A DNA stretch of 64,000 nt, taken from Klebsormidium nitens (taxonomy: Eukaryota; Plantae; Klebsormidiophyceae). The notes under the pieces are model-generated. The model had not been told where the DNA came from, searched no databases, and saw nothing but the letters and a program-made list of their open reading frames with translations. The stretch covers positions 124,001 to 188,000 of the forward strand of contig DF237023.1 of the NCBI GenBank assembly GCA_000708835.1. The letters run 5' to 3'. The position numbers and the translations under genes were made by a program. This document shows, in pieces, positions 37,601-47,539 of this stretch; position 1 is the stretch's first letter; each line of letters starts with the position of its first letter.

Positions 37601-38580
37601 GATCAGTCCTGGTGGGCCACCTTCTACTGTAGCACGAGAATATCTTCCATATCCGCTTATGTTGCACGAGGGGGATCAACCTAGAGGCCACGCTACAATT
37701 GGAAAGGCACAATTCTGCAAACTATCTGAGAACAAAGTCATTTTGATACCCTTGCTGGAGAGTGCCCCAACCGTCGTATGGCGCCACCGCACGAACTTTG
37801 AGGCAAAAAGCTGAAGCTCCAAGCGAAAGGTGAATGGCCGATAAAATAACCAGCTAATCAAGAATGATGCAACAAAACTAGACGTGACAATTTATGTTCA
37901 GCTCATCATGAAAAAGTCCTTCTGAAACGCTGGCCTGCAATCAACTCCTTCACTCCAGAACACGCAACTACCTTGCTGAGATCAAAGCTGTAGACCAGCT
38001 TTTCAGACCAGAGTGACAGCTTTGTTTGATAATCATCTTATGTTTTGACCGGCGCAAGAGCGAACGATGCAATATGTCTTCTCAGCAACACCTTAAAGAT
38101 TAAAATACCCTGGTATTTAGAGTTCTTCAAAGGTTTCTTTATGCTTGGCCCCAAACTTGTCAAGCGAGCGACCGCCCTATCAAGATCCCAGCCACTAGAG
38201 GGAACCCCTTGAAGCAGGTTGTTCAGGCACCATGAACCCAATCAACTTTTAAACCAAGAAGGCGGTCCCTCTTCAACAATGATAATTTTGCTTAGAGGGA
38301 ACCTTGTAAGGTGGTGCGCTTTCTCCCCTCTATCAAGGGTGGAAGCTGAGAACATCAAACTGGTCTGCAGCAGAATTTCTCTAAGTTGACAGGGTGGTTG
38401 TAAATGTTGGGTACATACCTTGCTGGCCCCCGAATCGTCAGCATTCTGGATGAGCTCCTTGAGGATTGTGGTGCCCTCGGGATAGTTCTGCAGCACCTCC
38501 CTGATCCTCTGTGTCAGGTCCACTTTTTGGCCGAAATCCTCCCAGTTCTCCTGCAAATCCTGAGCAACGCCACTTGCCAT
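10645..38580 (-). CDS. Sacsin-like giant protein with three SRR (HSP90/GHKL-like) repeats and a C-terminal C3HC4 RING; 24 exons, about 5,400-5,500 aa
   Basis: Exons: 38580-38419, 37423-37236, 36805-36572, 36100-35860, 35397-35149, 34476-34395, 33969-30955, 30626-30271, 29799-29605, 29130-28899, 28444-28343, 27936-27773, 27334-26583, 26115-25862, 25322-25061, 24708-21273, 20619-19474, 18877-17209, 16842-16454, 15881-14763, 14410-14099, 13466-12537, 12106-11206, 10742-10645; the sum of 16,488 nt is a multiple of 3. Motifs: FGQKVDLTQRIREVL..YPEG..ILKELIQNADD, QGPALLVYNN, GRFGIGFNVVYHLTDLPSFVS, GTLFRFPLR, GRAFCFLPLP, LPVHVNGYFELSSNRRD (twice). Ends CKVCLGEEVTSALVPCGHLFCTTC...CPFCR. Architecture recalls the plant sacsin-RING family (At5g23110-like, from memory). 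Confidence 0.93.
11555..11909. repeat. ~90-bp sequence duplicated on both sides of an assembly gap (11650-11815)
   Basis: 11555-11649 is nearly identical to 11816-11909; the 261-nt offset is in frame. Confidence 0.9.
29225..29296 (-). pseudogene. Dead intronic partial duplicate of sacsin exon 10 (N-box, NADD)
   Basis: Translates NADDGGAMLMAIVLYHERFAVVS versus the real exon NADDAGATSVAIVLDRERYGASS, 166 nt further along the transcript. The acceptor reads TTTCAA instead of TTTCAG. Confidence 0.8.
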
Positions 38581-38709
38581 TGTTGACCATACAAGTCTGC
38601 AACCCACCGCTTCTCAGTAAGCGTTATAGCAATCCTTGATGACAGCAAGGCGCCCAATCATACATCACTAGGATGGCGCCAACGAGTTTCTTTCACTGGA
38701 AACTTCCTG

Positions 38710-38853
38710 ATGCTCTCTGCTGCCGTCTCACTTAGCAAAGTAAGAACCCCGCCGACATCAAGCAGCAGCCGTTGCTGTTTTAATGAACTGTTGCGTCTCG
38801 ATCTGCCCCAGTTGATCTGCAGTGCTGCGGCTTCAGCCTTCGCAGCTCAGGCA
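38710..38853 (+). other. Possible first exon of a gene divergent from sacsin, running into the N gap
   Basis: MLSAAVSLSKVRTPPTSSSSRCCF...ICSAAASAFAAQA is Ser/Ala-rich like a plastid transit peptide and starts 130 nt from the sacsin ATG. It cannot be followed across the gap. Confidence 0.25.
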
Positions 38854-39666
38854 NNNNNNNNNNNNNNNNNNNNNNNNNNNNNNNNNNNNNNNNNNNNNNN
38901 NNNNNNNNNNNNNNNNNNNNNNNNNNNNNNNNNNNNNNNNNNNNNNNNNNNNNNNNNNNNNNNNNNNNNNNNNNNNNNNNNNNNNNNNNNNNNNNNNNNN
39001 NNNNNNNNNNNNNNNNNNNNNNNNNNNNNNNNNNNNNNNNNNNNNNNNNNNNNNNNNNNNNNNNNNNNNNNNNNNNNNNNNNNNNNNNNNNNNNNNNNNN
39101 NNNNNNNNNNNNNNNNNNNNNNNNNNNNNNNNNNNNNNNNNNNNNNNNNNNNNNNNNNNNNNNNNNNNNNNNNNNNNNNNNNNNNNNNNNNNNNNNNNNN
39201 NNNNNNNNNNNNNNNNNNNNNNNNNNNNNNNNNNNNNNNNNNNNNNNNNNNNNNNNNNNNNNNNNNNNNNNNNNNNNNNNNNNNNNNNNNNNNNNNNNNN
39301 NNNNNNNNNNNNNNNNNNNNNNNNNNNNNNNNNNNNNNNNNNNNNNNNNNNNNNNNNNNNNNNNNNNNNNNNNNNNNNNNNNNNNNNNNNNNNNNNNNNN
39401 NNNNNNNNNNNNNNNNNNNNNNNNNNNNNNNNNNNNNNNNNNNNNNNNNNNNNNNNNNNNNNNNNNNNNNNNNNNNNNNNNNNNNNNNNNNNNNNNNNNN
39501 NNNNNNNNNNNNNNNNNNNNNNNNNNNNNNNNNNNNNNNNNNNNNNNNNNNNNNNNNNNNNNNNNNNNNNNNNNNNNNNNNNNNNNNNNNNNNNNNNNNN
39601 NNNNNNNNNNNNNNNNNNNNNNNNNNNNNNNNNNNNNNNNNNNNNNNNNNNNNNNNNNNNNNNNNN
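38854..39666. other. Assembly gap (N run)
   Basis: Continuous Ns. Confidence 1.
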
Positions 39667-39961
39667 TCGCAGCTGGCTGTGGCAAGCAGTTCAGCAGACA
39701 TACATGTGTGTCTCGGGAGTTAAGGGTCACCCTGTTTACGCTGACCCACATGGTCTGCGGGACCAGCGCAAGGAGTCGGAGTCAGGACCATGACCCGCGT
39801 TCTGAATACGGTACGGTACATCGGGCCAGTGGCCCAAATGCCTCTGTGTCGAATATCGGCTCCAAAACCAAGCCTAGTTGACCGAAGCCATGCCAGGGTT
39901 AGCGATTACACTGGGTTTCCTGGAGCTGAGCTTCAATGAGCTAAGAATTGGAAGTAGGTCC

Positions 39962-40400
39962 TGTTCACATGTGGTCAGGTTTGCTGGTTTTCGCCGGTTT
40001 TGTCCTATGTGGCAGCATGGAAGCATGTGAATGCACCTTTGGAAAACCCGCAAAAACCGAGCCCGGTTTTTGCTGGTTTTTGCTGGTCGGCGAAAACCGG
40101 CGAAAACCAGCTGAAAACTCGACCGAAAATTTTGAGCCGGGTTTTGCCGGTTTCGATAGTGCTGGTTTTCCTACCCGGCAATATTTTCCCGTGAACCTGT
40201 CCGGCAACGACCGGTAGAAAATTGAAGTCGAGTCTACCCGACCGCCGACCCGAGCAACATGTGAACCCGAGCCTCCGGTTGAGTTTTGAAGCCCTCCGAA
40301 ACCGGCTTCATCGGGTTTGGGAGGGGGGGGGTTTTCACGTCGCTGGTTTTGCTGACGTACTATTGCCGGTTTTGCTGGTTTTGGTGGACACATGTGAACA
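39962..40400. mobile_element. MITE-like element with 12-bp inverted termini and internal AAAACC(A/G)G / C(C/T)GGTTTT repeats
   Basis: TGTTCACATGTG at 39962-39973 and its reverse complement CACATGTGAACA at 40389-40400; dense GGTTTT/AAAACC motifs; no coding signal; no TSD found. Confidence 0.6.
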
Positions 40401-43400
40401 CAGCAACACAGTCATTGAGGAGCGACGACCGCCACTTTTCACGGGCAAAATTGCGATGCTGGCTCTTCCCCGGGAACCAGATTTCCGGTCGCGAAGTGGC
40501 TCCCTCTAGACTCAGAGTCAGACTGAAGGCGAGCTGCAAGCGTGAGGCGGCTTGCTTTAACCATTGCTTCGTCCTGACTTAAATGTCCATGGACAAGTCA
40601 GTTTTCTGCAATTGAAGTGGAAGGTTTGTCGTTGGCGCCATAGCTATCCTCAGTCAGAGTCTCTATCAGCACGCAAATGACGCCAGAGCAAATTGAGATT
40701 GCGAGAAAGTCCTTGGAGGAGGTTTTTGGGGACACAGCTAAAGTTATGAGTGCGGAGGCCGTGGAGATCCTGGCAGCGAACTACTGTGTAACTTACCAGG
40801 ATTTCGTGGACATCAAGTTAAAAACCCTCGAAGAATCACCCAATCCCGTGCCAGACGCCCTCTTACAGCGCATTGCGGGTTTCAAGGATGAACGTGCAAA
40901 GAAGCGGAAAGGTGAGTTCTGTCTCTGTTTGTGCAAGCGTGAGGATGCCAGAAGGGCTTGACCACCTCAACGTCAGTTGCTGTTCCTGCGCTTTGAGATG
41001 CGCCATGCTTGTCTAGGCGAGGCTGTGCTGTCGTTGCTCCAGTGCCAGCAAGCTCACATACTTCATCTCACTTTGCTGTGGTGGCGCATTTGTCAGCTTA
41101 ACCTGCGTCTCAGTCTAGGCTTGTAGAATCAGGAGCTGGCAGTTGCCTAACATTTTCTCTTTTGCCGCCTACAGTGGACGCAGACATGTCTGCAAGCATC
41201 TTGAGGAAGCTGGTCGTGGAGGTGCCATCAAGTCTGCCTCCTATTGATCAACTCAAGGGCTTTTTGAGCGATGTCAACCAGCGTATCCCAGTGACCCAGC
41301 GGGTATATCAGAAGCTGAGCCTCGTGCAAAATGCCAACTCGGTGGTGCGGATCTGCTCAGAGCAGGAAGATGTGAGTGGTGTCAGTCCTATGGGCTGCTT
41401 TGTTAGTCCGGAGGGTTGCTGCAAGTTCGGCATTTCGTGATGGCTGGTAGGAGGGAACTCTGCACCTGTCCTGTATAATCGCCATCGACTTGACGCTTCA
41501 GGTTGTGTTCAAAAACTAACTGAATTAGAAGTGGCCAACTGAATCGGACAGAACAGGGGCCAATTGCTAGTATTGTGTTCATGGCATCATGATGGTTGCA
41601 ATTTTCGTCTTTCACTTGCTTGAAACAAAGATTAGGCGGTCAGATCTTCAGCACCTCTGGACCTTGGAAGGGTGTTTTTACTCTGTTCAGGATTTGGTTT
41701 TGAAGCCTGTACTCTGAAGCCCGTATTTGGAAATGCCGTTCCAGTGGGTTGTATGAGCCCCTGCTAGCATGTATTTCTGTCATTTGGATGCAAGTCCTCT
41801 CCGTATAGCATTGTCAAAAGCTATGTTGAGAGGACTCTCAGGCTCCTGATTGAACAAGTGCTGAAATGCTTCCTAATAAATTCCTCAAGTTGCAATGTCA
41901 CCTGCTAAAAGGTTCTTAAAGCAGCACTTAGAAACTTTGGAAACCCCGAATTTGGAAGCTTCATTGTAGTCCCATTTCATCTCTATTGTAGAAGCTGGCT
42001 TTTCATCCCCACAAACGAGACAGGGATTAACCCATGCATGCATAAAACATCCAGTCCCTTGAAGGGGTCTTGGGGAAGTTGAACGGATGATGATCACAAA
42101 TGTCGTCGTCTCTTCTAAAGAGGGTGATCTCGTCGATTGAGATGATGCACAATTTTGTTCCTAAAATTCACTCTGTCACTGAGTTCTCCGCTTTTCTTGT
42201 GGTGCAGGCTGACATTGTGGCGACTTTTGTCAGCCGGATCATCGAGAGCATTCACACAACTGGGGCTGAAGAGCTTACGGCATATGCAGTCACCAAGATG
42301 CTGTTCGACCTGCTGGCGCAAATAACCGAGAAGATTGAAGCTCCGCTGAAGCTTGGCTTAGTGTAAAACAAGAACGTGGTGACAAAAGGGACATGGAGTG
42401 TTCCCCACACGGCTAGTACGCGCCCCTTTGGGACTGGCGTCGCTAAATATGCGTTGCTCCTAGCTGGGGAGGAGAAACCGGAAGGCGGCTCGCTGCAGGA
42501 AGCGCTCGAAGATCTGAAGGCCAAGTTCAACGAGCCGTTCAGCAGAGTGCACTACGGCGTGTTGCCGTACATCATCGCTTACGCTGCCGCCGGGAAGATG
42601 GTCCAGTTCTACGCACGGCGGACTCAAACTGTCCAGGTGAGTTACATAGATGATTACCCACAGCGTAGAGTTGGTTCCTTAGTTCCTGTCTTGCGACTTC
42701 CCTTTCCGGAGTGAGTTTTGCTGTCACTGAGCTCAAAAGAGGAGTACAGGGATCCTGCAAGAGAAGCGAACATAAGAAAGCGAGTGTTTAGAGTCAGAGA
42801 CGAGGGGAAGCAGGGTTGTTTGCAGTTCGTTGTTTAATGCTTTACCAGTATCATCCATCTTTGCTATAGCAGAGACGCGCAGCAATAGGGAGTCCTGGTC
42901 TTGAATGTGGTCTCATATTGAATGCCCAAAACTGTTGAGGAGAAGATACTGGCAGGATGGGGCCTTTTACATAAGCTTGAGGCAATCGATAAGCAGATGA
43001 AAGGAAGAATTGAAATGTGTGTTGTGCAGCCGGTGTCACTTTTACCACCTTTTTTAGAGGCTGCTATCTTCAAGAGGGTTCCTTGAGGCTTTGACAGGGC
43101 ACCACAAGGAAAGAGTGGCCTGCGCTGTGGAGGCAACGTGGCTACTGATCATCACCATTCGAACTCGTGTCGGTGCTGTTCCTTTCGCAGCTGGACCCCA
43201 TCAGCGACGTCATACATTACGACACTCTGGAGGGCCGCGCCATGCTGGTGCACTTGGTGGCCAATCTGTACCGACTGCTCCTGAAGATGAAACAGACGCT
43301 TCCGGATGGTTCAGGACCCTTGCGAATGTTCCAGAAAGTGGATCGGGGGAACGGCACGTTTGTGGAAGCTGGCACTAGCAGGTTGGTCGCCCTGCTACAC

Positions 43401-43533
43401 TTAGTTGTCGGAGGCTCAAGTCATCAACGCAGGGTCAGCCAAGTTCTGTGCGTCTAATCATTCAAAGCTGTGCGAAACAACCTTAGGATTCATGGCGGCA
43501 CGAGTTTGCAGATGACGGGTATGATCAGCCTCG

Positions 43534-44050
43534 TTAGGGCTCAACTTCAGTGAAAAGCAGGGATTCAGCCGATTGTCTTTTAGACTTTGTCAGAAATGCT
43601 GCGGGCTGTCGGGACATAAGACTGGTAAGAAAGCAGGATTTGCGTGGACTTGCTTTTGCACTTTCCTCAGCGTAGAACGAAAGTACGTACCGATTTTGAA
43701 AACAGCGCCATGCGGACATGCTTCTATTCCCCTGATCAAGACCTTGGTTCGTCTTCTTTGCCACGTCCTTGACCCCATTCTTAACCTCGTCCGTTAACCT
43801 CCCCACCCAGGACTTCTACTTCCACGTCGTGGGCGGCGTCGGGCTCATATTCCTCAAACGAGAGTGACTTGAGAAACACCTGCAACTGAGCGTGCATTGA
43901 AACTTGAACATGCCCGTACGTCCTACAGTGAGCTTCTGCTCTTGTTACGGTTCCTTTCTGCCTGTCGCTGGCGGCTTCTTACATGGTTCCCTTGACTAAG
44001 TTGCACCCGTCTGGCAAGAAACGTCCCATTGCGACCCATGCTCGACGATT
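43534..44050 (-). pseudogene. Unidentified antisense spliced gene fragment nested in intron 4 of the CRN-like gene
   Basis: Exon-like blocks bounded by AG/GT give IQSIVEHGRNGTFLARRVQLSQGNH-VFLKSLSFEEYEPDAAHDVEVEV[frameshift]GRLTDEVKNGVKDVAKKTNQGLDQGNRSMSAWRCFQNR-LMSRQPAAF...EVEP*. No recognisable domain. Confidence 0.3.
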
Positions 44051-44122
44051 GATTGAATTTCTGAAACCCTTGGCAAAGAAACTGAATGCAATGCTATCAC
44101 TGATAACACCAAAATTTGTCCA

Positions 44123-44720
44123 GGTGTTGGAGGCGCTCAAGCTGTACGGCATGGTGGGAGTCTTTGGGGAGATTATCAAGTAACGCTCAGTTTGCTGACC
44201 AGTCTGTTCGTTTCTCCCGAGGATTGCGAATGAGAAACTAGAGCGGGCTGAATTGTGGACGCGGCCGTGAACGCTCAGCTGGAGGCGCCCAAGCCGCACG
44301 GCACGGTGGGAGTCTCCAGGAAGATTCTGATGTAATGCTTACTCTGCTGACCAGTCTGTTCAATTCCTCAGGATCTCGAACAAGAACTAGAGCAGGCGGT
44401 AATTGTATTCCCCACCGTGAACCCTCAGCCGGAGGCGCCCAAGCTGTACGGTATGGTGGGAGTCCTCGGGAAGACTACGATGTAACGCTCACTTTGCTGA
44501 CCAGTCTGTCCGTGTCCTCGCAGGATCGCGAAGAAGAAACTAGAGCCGGCGAAATTTGTAGGCGCCACCGCGAACGCTCAGCTAGAGGCGCCCAAGCTGT
44601 ACGGCGTGGTGGGAGTCCCCCAGGAGTTCACCGAGTAACGCTCACTTTGCTGACCAGTTTGTTTGTTTCGTCCCAGGATCGCGTATGAGAAATTAGAGGA
44701 GGCGGACATGGTGGGCATTC
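44123..44720 (+). repeat. Degenerate tandem array of ~150-bp units (starts 44180, 44332, 44482, 44635)
   Basis: Each unit begins GTAA(C/T)GCT(C/T)A(C/G)T(T/C)TGCTGACCAGT(C/T)TGT. All four contain AA(C/T)TAGAG; the three complete units also contain GAGGCGCCCAAGC and GGTGGGAGTC; spacings 152, 150 and 153 nt. Confidence 0.92.
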
Positions 44721-47539
44721 GCCGTTTCGTCAAAACCAGTATCAACCCAAGGGTCCGGTCAGGCTCAGCTCAGGCTGAGCGCAAGGCCTTTTAAAGTCCT
44801 TAATCAGTGCATCACTTCGTCAAAGCAAAGCAAGATTTTCCTGCCATTGTTATGCAGTGGAACGAAGACGATCTGCGACGCGTCTAGTTTCTTCAAGAAG
44901 GCGGGGACCACTCTGCAGCACGTGAAAGCTGCATACAAGGCGGCGAAGGCGACCAGGCATCTCGTACAGGCCGCGGAGGGGCCCGAAATGTCCAAGGACG
45001 TGTACAGAGTTGTCGTGACGCCCCTGGGTAGCGAAGTGGACGTCAGGGACGAGGAGGTAATCAGTGCAGTCCCTCTTTTATGTCGTGTCTTGCTTGCCTT
45101 TTCTGATTCTCGTTAGCGGTTATCAGTCTGTTATGGATTTTATCGAAGCTAGCTCACATCGAAGCGTTTGAGACCTGCTTACTGTCGTTGATCGGAGCGA
45201 CCATGGCATAGAAAGTTGATCGTCAACAATTGTTTTAGAGTTCTGTCAAAATAAGATTGAGCTCAGCCTGGGATTGCTGGGATTGTGCCTCTGGTTAACT
45301 GCACTGCATCATATAGTAGAGCGATAAGTGGTATCGCCGATTCCAGTGGTCGGATTCTACGCCGTTTTCGCAAACTCAGGCCTCGTTGTTTCTGGTGCGC
45401 ACTTGATGCGGCCCCGTCTTGTGAGTTGCTGAGTTGTTGGCAGCTTCGGTTGTTACAGTAGAGGCCCTTTGACAAACGTTGACAATGTGTGCTTTTGCTT
45501 CATCGATCCGCTCACTTCTGGCTAGCGGCACCACAGCCGACGTAGATTGCGACAGTACATTTGATCTCCATAGATCCCACAAATACCCTCTGCTAAGCTG
45601 CGTGAAAACATGGAGCTCAATCGAAGCTCCTACTTTCTGAAGTGTCCAAGAAGCAGTTTCCGATGGAATCCTCATCGATCCGTGCAGGGTATCCAGCGAC
45701 TCGTCCACCATCTGTTGCATGGGCTCGAAAAGCTGCATTCCGCAAGCTTGTGCCACCGAGACGTACGAAAACCGAACGCTGTCGAGTACCTGGGTTCGAC
45801 CGGCTCGTCAACCAGGTATATGCTGATTGATCTAGAGTCGGCCGCTCCTAGTGGTGCATCTCTTCCCCCGGTAGAATACGAAGGTTGGCAAGATGAAACT
45901 TTAGTCGACGGCAAGTATGTCCCGGAGTCGGACTTGTTCCAGCTGGCGAAAATGGTTCAAGACGTGGCCAGAACAGCCAAGGAGCGACCCGTCAATTTGT
46001 CAGAAGAGGCTCGAGCTTTTTTGATGGAGCTCAGTGGCAAGAAAAGGTCGGCCTCGTCTTTGCTACAGGAGGAATGGGTTGGCTGCAAGTGTGGCCAAGG
46101 CCTCTCAGTCGAATAAGATGAGAACTCCCCATCAGTCTGTAATTTGTGGTAAGCATCGTCAAAGAGCACACTTGTTGGAACGAGGATCTTGGCAATTTAA
46201 TGTATGGCGCGAGTTTCCGCAAAGTCTGTCGGGAATCTCTTGCGTGTTGATTTGCTATGCTTGTTGATCATGCATGGTCATGCGTCATCAACATGTGGAA
46301 TGTTGTGTAGCAGCCTTGCTCCAACTTTTGTGCCTCCTTTGCATCCGACGCAAGATGGTGTATCATCTACACGTTCACCTCGTTAAGCGCGTGAGTGGCA
46401 GGAGGTCCTGCCATAACGCCCTCGGTCCGAGCCCAATGCGTCCGCTCAATACAATCGGCCTGATCTCAGGTCGAGGGCTAGCTAGCTCCGTACAATAGTG
46501 AATGTCCGCTGCATAGACTTTGCTCGCAGATGCTTCGAAGTTCCGACGATGTCACGTACATGCTCATGAACGTAATACGTTATAGCACCGTACAATTATG
46601 GGCGGCGCAACTAATGCCGACTTAGATCACGCAGGTTCCACGGCTGGCATACGAATTGTGCAGTGCCAGTCGGGGGCCGGGCATAGGCCATTGCTTGTGC
46701 GCCCGCGACCATGCATATGCAGTGCCGGTGCATATAATCTTATCAATTGATTCTACGATCACATGTTTGAAGAGGTTGTACGTTATTCGTTTAGTTCTTG
46801 CTTAAAAGAAACCGCGGCTGATAGTGATGTGGTTATATTAGCTCGACCCCAAAATACATATCCACATTGTCACACGCGTACACATATATAGGTATGTCAT
46901 ACCGTAGAAGAATGATGCACTGCACTGTCATGTCACGCATCATTGGCAACTTGGTCAAGATCGACGATTAGTGAGATCATGATGGACATGCGCACAGGCA
47001 TGGCATGCAACCGTGGACCGTCGCGGAGCGGCTATATGCAAGTTCCGAGTCATGACGAATGTCAGTACGGTCACTATGCAATAAGCTCTGGCAGCTAGCC
47101 ATGCACACATATCATGCATGTACATGTGTATGTTGCAGTCAGTTGGGTGTCGACGCAGAACACCAAATTTCGATGGCTGGCAGGAAACTTGAAAGACAGT
47201 ATAATGATCACGTTTGCGCTAGCTGGAGCCAGTAAATCGATTGCCAATTTGCGCACTTGGGCACCGACGACGGTTCGATCCTTCGCAGATAATCGCTGGC
47301 AAGTCGTGTCTAGCGGAGCGCTAACCATGCGAGGATTGATGCATGATGAATTGAGATATTCTGACGTGGAGGTCTGTAAATTGCGTGCTAACACATATCC
47401 TGTAAGCCTCGGATATCATGCGCAGGCAGCGCTAGGCTGTTTCGTCAAAATAGCAAAAAGGTGATCTTCGATCGAGCAGCCTGTGAGCTAGCCTTTATAA
47501 ATAATATTTGACTTTCATTTTCAATAATGTACGCACAGA

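Larger units (their letters stand above)
40677..46116 (+). pseudogene. Crinkler (CRN)-like effector gene: helical header + restriction-endonuclease-fold domain + kinase; one in-frame TAA at 42364-42366; exons 40677-40911, 41175-41371, 42208-42636, 43191-43381, 44858-45056, 45688-46116 (560 codons)
   Basis: All five introns are GT-AG and phase-consistent. REase-like region: STRP...LLLAGEEK...ALEDLKAKFN...YGVLPYIIAYAAAG..VQFY. Kinase region: HLVQAAEGP...VVVTPLG, LLHGLEKLH...CHRDVRKPN, MLIDLE, SDLFQL. The family assignment comes from recalled motifs of CR-type proteins. Confidence 0.8.

Noticed and set aside
38710-39793. ORFs of 284-337 aa in the ORF track
   Set aside because: Their length is due to the N run.
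44123-44720. Tandem array as a CRISPR-like locus
   Set aside because: Whole units are homologous and degenerate, with no unique spacers; eukaryotic context with no cas genes.
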